A stretch of DNA of 64,000 nucleotides from Octopus sinensis (GCF_006345805.1 NC_043000.1:30504001-30568000), one strand, 5' to 3'; positions 24,734-39,088 are shown, counted from the first letter of the stretch. Made by a program: numbers and translations. The notes: a model not told the origin generated them from the letters alone.

Positions 24734-25363
24734 TTACTCTTTTACTTGCATCAGTCATTTGGTTGTGGCCATGATGGAGCACCGCCTTTAGTCGAGCAAA
24801 CTGACCCCAGGACTTATTCTTCGTAAGCCTAGTAGTTATTTTATCGGTCTCTTTTGCCGAACTGCTAAGTTACGGGGACGTAAACACACCAGCATCGGTT
24901 GTCAAGCGATGTTGGAGGGACAAACACAGACACACAAACATACACACACACACACACACACGCGCACATATATATAGATATATACGACGGGCTTCTTTCA
25001 GTTTCCGTCTACCAAATCCACCCACAAGGCTTTGGTCGGCTCGAGGCTATAGTAGAAGACATTTGCCAAATGTACCACGCAGTGGGATGAACCCGGAGCC
25101 ATGTGGTTGGTAAGCAAGCTACCTATTTCTTTATTACCCACAAGGGGCTAAACATAGAGGGGACAAAGGTATTAAGTCGATTATATCGACCCCAACGCGT
25201 AGCTGGTACTTATTTAATCGACCCCGAAATGATGAAAGGCAAAGTCGACCTCGGCGGAATTTGAACCCACAACGTAACGGCAGACGAAATACCGCAAAGC
25301 ATTTCGCCCGGTGTTCTAACGTTTCTGCCAGCTCGCTACCTACCACACAGCCACTCCTGCACT
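24734..25363 (-). mobile_element. SINE family A with a family C SINE (25125-25334) nested in its head
   Basis: GCTACCT direct repeat at 25118-25124 and 25335-25341. Confidence 0.85.
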
Positions 25364-26020
25364 TATTCTTGTTCAAGAATAATAAATTTCTACTCTCCAA
25401 AAGTAGGGAGTAACCCATTAGATTCATTTAGAATTGTTTTCATTGTAACTGAATAAAAACAAACATTAACGGGAATGTATTTTTTTTAACTATTTCTATT
25501 TGCAAAATTGTATTTAGGCGCGCGCGCGCACACGCGTGTGTGTGTGCGTGTGTGTTGCAGTTCTGCAACAGATCTTCAGGACAGTGTACAAGTCTTAGTC
25601 CCAGTTTTGTCAATTATGCTTGGTCTGTTGATTTCATTGTAGGTTGTTGTTTCTATTGGAATGGTCTGCCAATATTCTTTGGTTTTGCTTTCAAAATTAT
25701 GTATACAATTATGTATATTTCTATGTATCTATGTACGTACGTACATACGTATATATGTATGTATGTATGTATGTGTGTGTTTTTGTATATGTGTCTCTCT
25801 CTCTCTTCCTCTGTATGTATGTACGTGTTTGTGTGTGTCTCTCATCTCTGTATGTATGTATGCATGTATGTATGTGCGTGTCTCTCTCCGTCTGTATGCA
25901 TGTATATATGCATGTATCTATGTGTGTATCTCTCCGTCTGTATGTATGTATGTTTGTGTATGTGTCCGTATGTAAGTATGTATGTATGCATGTATGTATG
26001 TTTGTGTGTGTGTGTGTGTG

Positions 26021-26051
<31 letters not shown>

Positions 26052-26099
26052 ATGTATGTATGTACGTATGTATGTATGCATGTATGCATGTATCTTTTA

Positions 26100-26322
26100 T
26101 AGTTTATCTTTTACTTCTTGTAGTCACTAAACTGTGGCCATGCTGGGGACCACCCTCAAGTGCTTTTAGTTGAAGGAATCGACAACCGTACTTTTTCTCT
26201 TGAAGCCTGGTGCTTATTCTGTCCGTCTTTATACCGGACTGCTAAGTTACAAGAACATACACAAACCAACACAGGTTATCAAGCTGTGGTGAGAAGTCAG
26301 ACATGGAAATAAACACACACAC

Positions 26323-26381
<59 letters not shown>

Positions 26382-26550
26382 CACAATACACACGATGGGT
26401 TTCTTTCCGTTTCCACCTACCAAATCCACACACAAGGCTTTGGTAAGCGCAAGTCCATAGTAGAAGACACTTGCCCAAAGTTCCACTCAGTGGGACTGAA
26501 CCTGGACCCATGTGGATGGGAAGAAAGCTTGTTACCACACAGCCACGCCT
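26100..26550 (-). mobile_element. SINE family A
   Basis: Head CCACACAGCCACGCCTGC, internal (CA)n, tail GGCCATGCTGGGG. Confidence 0.8.
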
Positions 26551-27333
26551 GCATCATGTATGTATCTATTTAAAATTGTATTTAAAATTGTTTCATTTTT
26601 TGCCAGGAGGCATCTGGTTTCTAACAAAACTAAAAATTCTCTCTCGTATGATGCAGATAACAAACACGAATTCCCATTCTGAAACAGAAAGATCAGGCAT
26701 ATATTTACTGCACCATTTACAGATCGTATTTGGATGGTTAACAGGTTGATCTCTTTTTTTTCTGAAAACTGTAGTTTTTTTCAAATTGGCTCTGGAGCAT
26801 TTACGCACAAAACAAAGTGCGTAAATTTTGATATAAATGTGAATTCATCATCTTAGTGTAGAAGCTGGAGATTTTGAAGCAGTTTCCTGTAGTTATCCTG
26901 TTCCTTTTTGATATTTGAAGAGACATTCATATCTGCTGGACAGTTTTTCTTTATGATGTTACATCCTTTTTCTACTCCATCCCAAACAACTATGTATACA
27001 TGTATGTATGTATGTATGCATGTATGTATGTATGTATGTATGTATGTACGTATTATGTATGTATGTATGTATGTATGTATGTATGTATGTATGTATGTAT
27101 GTATGTATATATATATATATATATACATATACATACATACATACATACATACATACATACATACATACATACATACATACATCTACATACATATATACAT
27201 ACATACATATATATACATATATATGTATATATATATGGTTGTCTTACCATTTTTATTAATATATATATATATTAATAAAAATGCTAAGACAACCAAAGAA
27301 TGCAAGAGACCTCGATATTATGTAAATAGAGGA

Positions 27334-27689
27334 ATTTATCTGTAAATGTAATATGTGACAATTATACGGTAGCCATGATAAAACTCCGAGTTTCGGATGC
27401 CGAGGTGGAAATCCAGGCCGCCATCTCTTCAGTGTAGGTATGAACATGCGCTCTTACGCGAATACTATTACTCTTACTTCCTTCCCTCACTTAGCGGTCA
27501 TTCAAATAGTTCTTTTGTCTTAATAACGGTCTATCACACAGTAATTTCCCTTTGCTTAACGGTCATCTTTCATAACATTTTTCCGATGGTCAGATAACTG
27601 AAGAGATAGCGGTGTGGTTTCGGCATCCGAAACTCGGAGTTTTATCATGGCTACCGAATAATTGTCACATATTACATTTACATATAAAT
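27334..27689. repeat. Inverted repeat (27334-27433 / 27597-27689) of an HHR-bearing PLE-like terminus
   Basis: Arms are near-exact reverse complements; 163-bp spacer. Confidence 0.9.
27593..27646 (+). ncRNA. Type I hammerhead ribozyme, canonical core
   Basis: GATAA-CTGAAGA-GAT...ATC-C-GAAA-CTC-G-GAG-TT-TTATC; 5-bp helix I, G10.1-C11.1 possible, GUU site (cut after 27641). Confidence 0.75.
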
Positions 27690-28404
27690 ATATATATGCA
27701 GCACGATGCAGCACGAAGTTTTGTCAGCGAACAGGTCGCGGTCTCAAAGCGACGAAAATATTTTGACGAATTAAATTTAAATGTTGAAGTGAATCTAGCG
27801 GTTTTTGTGTGTTTCTTAATTGGCTTATAAACACCTTCCACGTTGCAATTGTTTTCGTTCCAGCACACGATCTCAGATCAAGTCACTCGCTATGCAAGTA
27901 CATCTCCGCAATATCTCTCTATATATATAACCAGTTACCTACCTATCACACTATATGTGTGTGGTATGTGTGTGTGACTTTTGGATGTCTGTGTTTAAAA
28001 ACTAACTAAATATGATCGATATGTTATCCGTATTCAATGCATTTCTGGATAACGGAATTGGTCTTTTGATTGGGCCGCTACCTTACGCAGCGATCATTTG
28101 AAATGATATTGCAACACAGTACGGAAGTATTTTCACTGTCTAGACATCGATTTGGTTCCAAAACACGTTTATACTTATACACTTCATTAAATCTACTGGA
28201 ACATTTACAGCATCAAAGTGATCGTACAGCTTTTGATTTCGAAATACACACACACACACACACACACAAACACACAACACACACACAAACACACACACAC
28301 ATATATGTTTATACATAAATATGTGTGTGTTTGAGCCTGCCTATTTGATCACATTTAAAATGAAAAGAATTGATGGTGCATATGATGGTAATGGTAAATC
28401 GGTA

Positions 28405-28409
28405 ATGAC

Positions 28410-28475
<66 letters not shown>

Positions 28476-28485
28476 GATGATGATA

Positions 28486-28527
<42 letters not shown>

Positions 28528-28667
28528 GTGATGGTGATGAGGGTAATGATGATGACAAGTAGTGGGCAGGCAGAGTTGGAGGAGGGCCGGGATTACTGTA
28601 ATGATCCAAATCATATCAGCAAAGAGAATGATAGCGACGATAACGACGAAAAAGATGATAATATTGT

Positions 28668-28706
<39 letters not shown>

Positions 28707-28716
28707 TATTATTATT
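28405..28716 (+). repeat. (ATG)n tract (28405-28553) and (TAT)n tract (28670-28716)
   Basis: Directly visible. Confidence 0.95.
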
Positions 28717-28887
28717 AGGCTGCCGGCGACGAGGTCGATCGATCAAATATAGATACGGTGATGAGGATGAAGTACTTTGTAGCATACACGGTTCTAAATT
28801 TATGAATAGGAGACAATATAAGAGGCGAGTGTATCACGAATGTTATTAAGAGCAATTATACGTGTATTTGTGTGGGTGAATACATAC

Positions 28888-28924
<37 letters not shown>

Positions 28925-28946
28925 TATATATATATTATATATATAT

Positions 28947-29027
<81 letters not shown>

Positions 29028-29667
29028 ATATACATGCACATATTACATATATATATACATATGTATATATTATGTGTGTGGGGAAGACACTATTACACAC
29101 ACATACACACACAGATACACACATATACACACGCACACCACACTCACACACAAATATATTTATATATATATATATATATATATATACGTATATATACATA
29201 CATGTGTGTGTTTGCGTCTGCGTATCAAGACACACACACATACACACATACAACATACGCATACTCACGCACACATGTATATATATATACATACAGGTGT
29301 ATATATGTGTGTGTTTGTGTTGTGTTGTTGTGTATACACCCACAAGCGACACATATATACCATTAGATCGACACACACACTCGCAGATACATTGTTTTAT
29401 TATTGTATATTTCGCAGAGCAACAACAACAACAATAATGATAATGGAGTCGAACAAGGCAAGGCATTGGTCCCACTCCGTTTCATTATTTACATCAATGA
29501 CATCACTGAGGTCAACAAACAAAGCCTCATTAGAATTTCCGCTCTGAAAGACGTCAAAAGAAGAGCGAACAAATATATAACAAGATCTGCTCGCCGTAGT
29601 CCAATGGGGGGAAAAAAGACACATTATGCATCTAAATGAGAACTAATTTGAAGTATTCCACTCTATA

Positions 29668-29890
29668 GAGGCGCAATGGCCTAGTGGTTAGGGCAGCGGA
29701 CTCGCGGTCGCAGGATCGCGGTTTCGATTCTCAGACTGGGCGTTGTGTGTGTTTATTGAGCGAAAACACCTATAAGCTCTACGAGGCTCCGGCAGGGGGT
29801 GGTGATCCCTGCTGTACTCTTTCACCACAATGGCGGTGCCCCAGCATGGCCACAGCTCAAGAGCTGAAACTGGAAAAACAAAAAAACAAA
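29668..29890 (+). mobile_element. SINE family B head joined to a family-A-like 3' tail
   Basis: GAGGCGCAATGGCCTAGTGGTTAGGGCAGCGGACTCGCGGTC..., then GGCGGTGCCCCAGCATGGCCACAGCTC. Confidence 0.85.
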
Positions 29891-30161
29891 CAATATGCTC
29901 TTCCCTCGAGCGAACTCCTGCCCCTGGATCAAATCTCGCTAGGAACATCGAGGTAGCTATCAACTACAACTTAATCTGAAGTGCCCATATGAACAGCAAA
30001 GTCAACATGGCTTGTACAGCGTGTTTCTGGACCTTCAGGACATTTCGGTCTAGAGACGCTCCTAGCATTATCCATATCTTCTCCTTCTTTGCCCATTCTC
30101 ACCTGGAATAATGCTGTCCGGTATGGTTTCCGTGTATGAAACAAAATATTGTAAAAATTGA

Positions 30162-30575
30162 AGGCGCAGGAATGGCTGTGTGGTAAGTAGCTTGCTAACT
30201 AACCACATGGTTCCGGGTTCAGTCCTACTGCGTGGCATCTTGGGCAAGTGTCTTCTGCTATAGCCCTGGGCCGACCAAAACCTTGTGAGTGGATTTGGTA
30301 GACGGAAACTGAAAGAAGCCTGTCGTATATATGTATATATATATATGTATGTGTGTGTGTGTTTGTGTGTCTGTGTTTGTCCCCCTAGCATTGCTTGACA
30401 ACCGATGCTGGTGTGTTTACGTCCCCGTCACTTAGCGGTTCGGCAAAAGAGACCGATAGAATAAGTACTGGGCTTACAAAGAATAAGTCCCGGGGTCGAT
30501 TTTCTCGACTAAAAAAAAGGCGGTGCTCCAGCATGGCCGCAGTCAAATGACTGAAACAAGTAAAAGAGAAAAGAG
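30162..30575 (+). mobile_element. SINE family A, full length
   Basis: Near-consensus head to tail. Confidence 0.92.
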
Positions 30576-31257
30576 AGAGTCCAGTGATAAATCAGAATTT
30601 ATTAAAAAAAACCACTACATTACAGGTCAACCTCTATTTCCCCCACCCATCCACCATCACCCAAGATTGCCACGAGCGTTATGCCATTTGTATCAACTTG
30701 GAAATATTTCATTATTGCCTAAATGATGCCAACTTTAAAATTCACCAAATACTTGGTGCCCGTGCCATCCGTCCTCTATAAAACTCCTGCTCGCGTCACA
30801 TCACTGAAACAAAAACATTTCACTTCAACTGGCCCTGCTCTCTTTAACATCACACCAAGACATAAAATAAGGTAAAGATCTCATAATATTCAAAACGGTT
30901 TCTGGATGAATATCTTCGACAAACTCCAGATAAATCACCTACACTCGGATAAATCTCTACAAACCATAACTCTTTACTCGAATGAGTGATGAAGTTTAAA
31001 GAATGATTGTAATATAAATCCTATCTGGAATAAAACCGTACCTGAGCCAAACCAAACAAATAACATAAATAGAAACAAGGATTTATCGTAGCGGCTCAAG
31101 ATCAGAGTCTCCTCACTCGGAACTATCAAGGTAATGAGATACAGAATGAGGCAGTCTTATCTTAATGACCCCAAAAGATGAAAATCAAAATCGACCTCGG
31201 CAGAACTACCCTGAAAGTAAAGACAAACGAGACGCCGCTAAGCATTTTCCCGTAGTG

Positions 31258-32755
31258 CTAGACCTGCAATTACAAGGCTTATTAACACTTGTAAAACAGT
31301 TTAGTGATAACATCAGGTTGGAATTTGGCCTTGACGAATGCGCAAAATCACCTTTATCAGTTGGAAACTTGTAGAAACATCAAAAGTCGAAACTGACCAA
31401 CGGAATATTATAGAAGAATTAAAACCCTTGGGGGGGGGGGGGGTTATAAATGTCTAGGGGTTTACGAATGTGACGGAATCAAAAATTCAAGGATGAGAGG
31501 AAAAGAAAGCAAAAATGTTATCGCAGGTTAAGAGCAATACTCAAGACAGAGCTGAATGCAAGAAACTTAAGTGGAGCAATTAATACTTTAGGCATACTAG
31601 TCGTGATCTAATTGTTTCAATATTATTAACTGGCCAAATGCTGAAATTTGTAACCTCGATTGACAAATCCGAAAAATGTTGACAATGAAGAGAATACAGC
31701 ACCCTAAGACAGACTGTGGAAAGACTTTACTTGCCAAGAAATGTAGGTAGCCGTGGACACTTACAACGTGAACTGACGCTGAAAAATTGTTACAATTGAC
31801 CTAAGCATTTATCTGAAAAATTCTGATGACCGGATGCTAAAACTTCTCGTAAACATGAAAACAAGAAAATCTGTTATTCAGTAGCAAAAAAAGGCAGGAG
31901 AATATCTAAAGGAATTCCAAATAACCAAGTCGCAGAATTAGATGAACTGGGAAAAAAGCACAGAAAGGCTAAAATTATCAAAACCATAGCTAAGAATGCT
32001 GCCTTAAATATTCTCAATGATGAAAGGCAAGTAAAAACCATTCAACGGTAAATACCTGAAGAGAGCTAACTATGCTGATGTTGAAAAGGCTCTTAGCCAT
32101 CAATGGTTAGTGTATTTTGGCTTAACATCAGAGATAGAAGGGTTTATCATAGCAGCCCAAGATCAGTGCCGCCCTACAAGAAGAGATTGGCAGTAGCCCA
32201 TGGCGTGCATGTACGCAAGACTGCAACCCACGAACATATTGTCGCTATGTATCACCTTCTTGCGCACTTAGAACATCTCAATAGGCATAAGAAAGCTGCA
32301 CTGTATATTCACCGGGTAATTTCCAAGGATATGGGCCTGCCCTATGATAAAAACATACGAGGACATAAACCACCTCCAGTTCTTGAAAATGATCATATAT
32401 CATCTATAGAACTTTACGGTTCAAACTGGCAGAAAGATAGATGCAAATAGGCCAGACATTATATCAAACGATTCCAGACAAACGTAATGCCTCCTCATTG
32501 ATATGAACATCCCATTCAACATAAATGTATATGTCAAGACCTAAGAAAGCTGAACAAGTATAAAGATCTTAGAATAAAAATTGGCAAAATGTGGAAAATT
32601 CAATATTAGAACAATTACCTGTTGTCACAGGTACCCTAGGAATAATAGCAAAAGGGACTGGTGGCTACCTGCCTCCGATTCCAGGAAATTCCAAAAACAG
32701 AAGAAAAAACTAGTGCTCACAGGAGATGCTTATATGCTACGAAACATACAATGTT
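31258..32755 (+). mobile_element. Decayed R4/Dong-like (restriction-like endonuclease) non-LTR retrotransposon, 3' portion
   Basis: LQGLLTLVKQFSDNIRLEFGLDECAK; YKCLGVYE; QHPKTD..RLYLPRNVGSRG; EIEGFIIAAQDQ; RPDI...CLLID; VLTGDAYMLRN; many stops and frameshifts. Preceded by a SINE C fragment (31160-31255). Confidence 0.8.
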
Positions 32756-33487
32756 TGTTATTCCAAGAAAAAATTTTAATCTGAAAACGTTATCAACTGC
32801 CTATTTCTACAAGACACTTGATGCGCTTACCCATGAGTTTAAGAATACTATGGATAACACAGAGGAATGGAAGACGTGGGTCAGGAATTTTCGATTCTTT
32901 AAATAAATAAATAAATAAATAATAAACGTTATCACTTGCCGTTGAGACTTCGACGTAAATAAGACAAATAGGAGTGGAGGGCGATTTCAGAGGCGCAGGA
33001 GTGAACACAGATGTGAAAATATAACTAATATATAAATGAACTTCTGATAGGCCATGCAAGAGTGTAAACACAAGCTTGTCTGATATAGAAGCATCGAAAA
33101 GACGCTGAAGACGTGGAAAACAAGTTCGCAAGGAAATACAGAAACATAAATGGAAGTTATTGCAAATCTTTATGTGACGAAAACAAAAGAAAGAAAGAAA
33201 ATTAGTGACACACTTGAAATCAAAGATGGCCTAAAACAACAGAACGTTGCTTATGTTGCAAGTAATCCTCTTTGTGAAAAGTAACAATATGAAGAACCAT
33301 ATAAACACATCGTTTCCAACATAAATATGGAGGATAATATTCGCATTGTAAAAGACAACACTTTCTAAAGAACAGAAGAAATACTCCAGACGATCCAAAG
33401 TGAGTAAAGGAAAATGTTGATTCAAATAGTTACGAAAGAGAAGGGTAGAAGAGGATAGGGATGAACATGGCATTGCACACACACCAC

Positions 33488-33518
<31 letters not shown>

Positions 33519-33699
33519 ACACATACACACACATACACGAACACATACACACGCATGCACACACATACACATGCGTGTATATGTATATATATATATAGGG
33601 AAAGTTTACGAAAAAAACAAAAGACGAAGACAGGTGGTATACAAAACAAACAGATGTATTAGTATAACGCTCAGGAATAGAAAAAGTATTTGCCTCGAC

Positions 33700-33751
<52 letters not shown>

Positions 33752-33979
33752 TGTATGTATGTATGTATGTATGTATGTAGTATGTATGTATGTATGTATG
33801 TATAAGGAGTGGCTGTGTGGTAAGTTGTTCCGCGTTCAATCTCACTGCGTAGCAGATTGGGTAAATGTCTTCTACTATAGCCTCGGGCCGACGAAAGCCT
33901 TCTGCGTGGATTTGGCAGACGGAAACTGAAAGAAGCACGTCGCGTATATACATATACATACATACATACATGTATTTCT

Positions 33980-34195
33980 ATATATAGTTAATCCAAACAT
34001 GAACAAGCAAGAAAAAACAACAATGCGAGGACGTGGTACAAGTACAGTGTTATTGGACGCTCGGGAAAGGAAAATAAAGGAAGAGGATTTCACGTTTCGA
34101 GCTGAGCTCTTCATCAGGAATACAGAAAAAGTCCAAAGAAGGGAAGACGGAGAAAGAAAATCGCCAATGATAAACATGCGGTCACATATTGAATA
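33980..34195 (-). mobile_element. PLE-like short repeat with damaged HHR inserted in the microsatellite of a SINE A (paralog ~36740-36960)
   Basis: CTGATGA-A-GAGC-TCA-GCTC-GAAA-CGT-G at 34087-34120; cleavage triplet is not NUH. Confidence 0.55.
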
Positions 34196-35353
34196 TATGT
34201 GTGTGTGTGAGAGAGAGAGAGAGAGGTGTGTGTGTGTGTGTCTGTGTGTCTGTGTGTATTTTTGTGTCTGTGTTTGTCCCCCCACCACCATCGCTTGAGG
34301 ACCGATGCTGGTGTGTTTACGTCACTGTAACTTAGCGGTTCGGCCAAAGAGACCGATAGAATAAGTACTAGGCTTACAAAGAATACGTCAGGTGGTCAAT
34401 TTGTTCGACTAATGGTGCTACTCCAGCATAGCCGCAGTGAAGTGATTGAAATAAATAAAATATATATATTTGTATATATGTATATTTATATTATGTGTAT
34501 TCGGTGTACGTGTCAGCTATTTGAGAACAACTCTTTCAAGAAACTAAATATTTTCTCATGTTTTGTTCAGCCCCAGGGGGGTATCTTCGAATCTAATGCA
34601 GACGATCGAAAGTCACTCCGTTCTCATCACCTTAACTGCCTGCCACAGTGAAACTGAAACATTCTCGACGGCCAGACATTGATATCGTATCAAAGCATCG
34701 TGAATGAGAATTCTGGCAAGGCAATGAGGAGCAACATTGTCAAATACGTCCCTGTATCGAAATCATAGATTAAACGTGAGGAGTCAACGTTTAGACATCA
34801 GATGCAAATTGTAGCTGATAAGACGGCAGGTATTTATCCCAAGTTATGAGAAGAGGGCGGTTCCTGTCCGATAAAGTCCATGGGAACAGTGTAATCAAGT
34901 CGAAGCGCTTTCTGAACAATCTCACGTGCTTCGAGGTGCCCGACGTACTTTGGCTCTTCTCAAATGACTGCTTTGTGTCTAGCACAGTATTCCATAACTA
35001 TAGGACCGAATGTGAAACTGCATAAACCGAAACGAACTTACGAAACAACTGACCATCTCTCTGTCAGCATGAAATAAGTGAGATATACATAATTAAAAGA
35101 AAATTATTAGGCACAGGTGTGGCTTTGTGGTAAGAGGTTTCCCTCCCGAACACAACATTTACTTCCACGGCATGGCACCTTGGGCAAGCGGCCTCTACTC
35201 TAGCATGAGTGGATTTGGTGAGGTGTATTAGTATAACGCTCAGGAATAGAAAAATTTTTTTTACGTTTCGAGCCGACGCTCTTCTACAGAAAAAACAAGG
35301 AGAGAATATGTGTAGTGGCTAACGATCAATCATGGCAACTGACTCGGACAGAA

Positions 35354-35809
<456 letters not shown>

Positions 35810-36506
35810 GAAAAAGAAAAAGAAAAAAAGAATATATATATATATATGTCTATATATATGGATATATATTATGTATGTGTGTGTGTGCGTATGTGTTTGT
35901 GCATGTCTGTGTGATTATATGTGTGTGTGAGTGAGTTTAAGATTATTCTCGAAAGATTTTCCCTAATTATTTAAATTAACCTAATCACTGTATATTTTCT
36001 TCCATTTTTGTCATGCTAAGGTGGTCCATGAAGAGCGAAATATGTTCGAAATTTTCACTAATTCTGATGTCTTCATTACGAATTAAAATTTTGGTCTAGT
36101 CGAGTTTCAGAATTTTTCTTCTTTACTCCTTCCATGAAAATATATTTTAAACAGTAACTTTATTTATCTGTTGATGAATAAATTTTCCAGCAAACATCAG
36201 ATATTTTCACCCGAACATCTCACGTATGGTAGCCTGCATTTAACTATATGCTTATCATAAAGAAGGAACACTTAATAAAAGTCCTGTGGCGATTATCAAA
36301 TCGCATTTTTGTAAACAGCGCTTCCAGTTTATGTAATCTTTACAGCAAACACAGACTTGCAGGAGACAAACTATTGAAACCAACTCCTACATTATACACA
36401 CATATATATCTATATATACGAAAAAAACAAAAGACGAAGACAGGTGGTATACAAAACAAACAGATGTATTAGTACAACGCTCAGGAATAGAAAAAGTATT
36501 TGCCTC

Positions 36507-36551
<45 letters not shown>

Positions 36552-38171
36552 GTATGTGTATGTATGTATAAGGAGTGGCTGTGTGGTAAGTTGTTCCGCG
36601 TTCAATCTCACTGCGTAGCAGATTGGGTAAATGTCTTCTACTATAGCCTCGGGCCGACGAAAGCCTTCTGTGTGGATGTGGCAGACGGAAACTGAAAGAA
36701 GCACGTCGCGTATATACATATACATACATACATATATGTATTTCTATATATAGTTAATCCAAACATGAACAAGCAAGAAAAAACAACAATGCGAGGACGT
36801 GGTACAAGTACAGTGTTATTGGACGCTCGGGAAAGGAAAAAAAAGGAAGAGGATTTCACGTTTCGAGCGGAGCTCTTCATCAGGAATATAGAAAAAGTCC
36901 AAAGAAGGGAAGATGGAGAAAGAAAATCGCCAATGATACACATGCGGTCACATATTGAACATATGTATGTGTGTGTGAGAGAGATAGAGTGTGTGTGTCT
37001 GTGTGTATTTTTGTGTCTGTGTTTGTCCCACCACCACCATCGCTTGAGGACCGATGCTGGTGTGTTTACGTCACTGTAACTTAGCGGTTCGGCCAAAGAG
37101 ACCGATAGAATAAGTACTAGGCTTACAAAGAATACGTCTGGTGGTCAATTTGTTCGACTAATGGTGCTACTCCAGCATAGCCGCAGTGAAGTGACTGAAA
37201 TAAATAGAATATATATATTTGTATATATGCATATTTATATTATGTGTATTCGGTGTACGTGTCAGCTATTTGAGAACAACTCTTTCAAGAAACTAAATAT
37301 TTTCTCATGTTTTGTTCAGCCCCTGGGTGGTATCTTCGAATCTAATGCAGACGATCGAAAGTCACTCCGTTCTCATCATCTTAACTGCCTACCACAGTGA
37401 AACTGAAACTGTGATCCTCATAAATGTCACCTGCTCCTTCCTGTTTAAAAGAAAAGATAAACATTCTCGACGGCCAGACATTGATATCGTATCAAGGCAT
37501 CATGAATGAAAATTCTGGCAAGGCAATGAGGAGCAACATTGTCAAATATGTCCCTGTATCGAAATCATAGATTAAACGTGAGGAGTCAACGTTTAGACAT
37601 CAGATGCAAATTGTAGCTGATAAGACGGCAGGTATTTATCCCAAGTTATGAGAAGAGGGCGGTTCCTGTCCGATAAAGTCCATGGGAACAGTGTAATCAA
37701 GTCGAAGCGCTTTCTGAACAATCTCACGTGCTTCGAGGTGCCCGACGTACTTTGGCTCTTCTCAAATGACAACTTTGTGTCTAGCACAGTATTCCATAAC
37801 TATAGGACCGAATGTGAAACTGCATAATGCGAAACGAACTTACGAAACAACTGACCATCTCTCTGTCAGCATGAAATAAGTGAGATATACATAATTAGAA
37901 GAAAATTATTAGGCACAGGTGTGGCTTTGTGGTAAGAGGTTTCCCTCCCGAACACAACATTTACTTCCACGGCATGGCACCTTGGGCAAGGGGCCTCTAC
38001 TCTAGCATGAGTGGATTTGGTGAGGTGTATTAGTATAACGCTCAGGAATAGAAGAAGTTTTTTACGTTTCGAGCCTACGCTCTTCTACAGAAAGGGACAC
38101 AGAAAAAACAAGGAGAGAATATGTGTAGTGGCTAACGATCAATCATAGCGACTGACTCGGACAGAAGACAT

Positions 38172-38229
<58 letters not shown>

Positions 38230-39043
38230 ATGGATATATATATATATATGTATGTATGTGTGTGTGTGTGCGTATGTGTTTGTGCATGTCTGTGTGATTA
38301 TATGTGTGTGTGAGTGTGTTTAAGATTATTCTCGAGAAATTTTCCCTAATTATTTAAATTAACCTAATCACTGTATATTTTCTTCCATTTTTGTCATGCT
38401 AAGGTGGTCCATGAAGAGCGAAATATGTTCGAAATTGTCACTAATTCTGATGTCTTCATTACGAATTAAATTTTTGGTCTAGTCGAGTTTCAGAATTTTT
38501 CTTCTTTACTCCTTCCATGAAAATATATTTTAAACAGTAACTTTATTTATCTGTTGATGAATAAATTTTCCAGCAAACATCAGATATTTTCACCCGAACA
38601 TCTCACGTATGGTAGCCTGCATTTAACTATATGCTTATCATAAAGAAGGAACACTTGATAAAAGTCCTGTGGCGATTATCAAATCGCATTTTTGTAAGCA
38701 GCGCTTCCAGTTTATGTAATCTTTACAGCAAACACAGACTTGCAGGAGACAAACTATTGAAACCAACTCTTACATTATACACACATGTATATCTATATGT
38801 GTGTGGGTGTGGGTGTTTATGTGTGTGTGTATCAATGTGTATGTAAATTATGATTGTATGTGTTCGTCTGCGCCTTTCTGGTTATATATTTCTGGCAACC
38901 ATTCGTAGATGCTTATTGCTTTTATTAAACCGTTAGCTACATACATGCATGCATGTATACATACATATATGCATACACACACACACATATATATATACAC
39001 ACACACACATTCACACACACAAACACATATATGTATATATGTA

Positions 39044-39088
<45 letters not shown>

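Larger units (their letters stand above)
29442..30990 (+). mobile_element. Decayed CR1-group LINE 3' portion (RT C-terminal half), interrupted by two SINEs
   Basis: NGVEQGKALVPLRFIIYINDI (RT GVPQG...FIIYINDI); RTFRSRD...HLE*CCPVW...QNIVKIE; ERYAI...LGARAIRP. Confidence 0.8.

Noticed and set aside
29668-29745. tRNA-like sequences at SINE heads
   Set aside because: A/B boxes present but no full cloverleaf; they continue into SINE bodies, so they are not tRNA genes.
36023-36059. GGT-CCATGA-A-GAGC...GTTC-GAAA-TT(T/G)TC-ACT (paralog 38406-38442)
   Set aside because: Core box and helix III degraded; at best a dead HHR.
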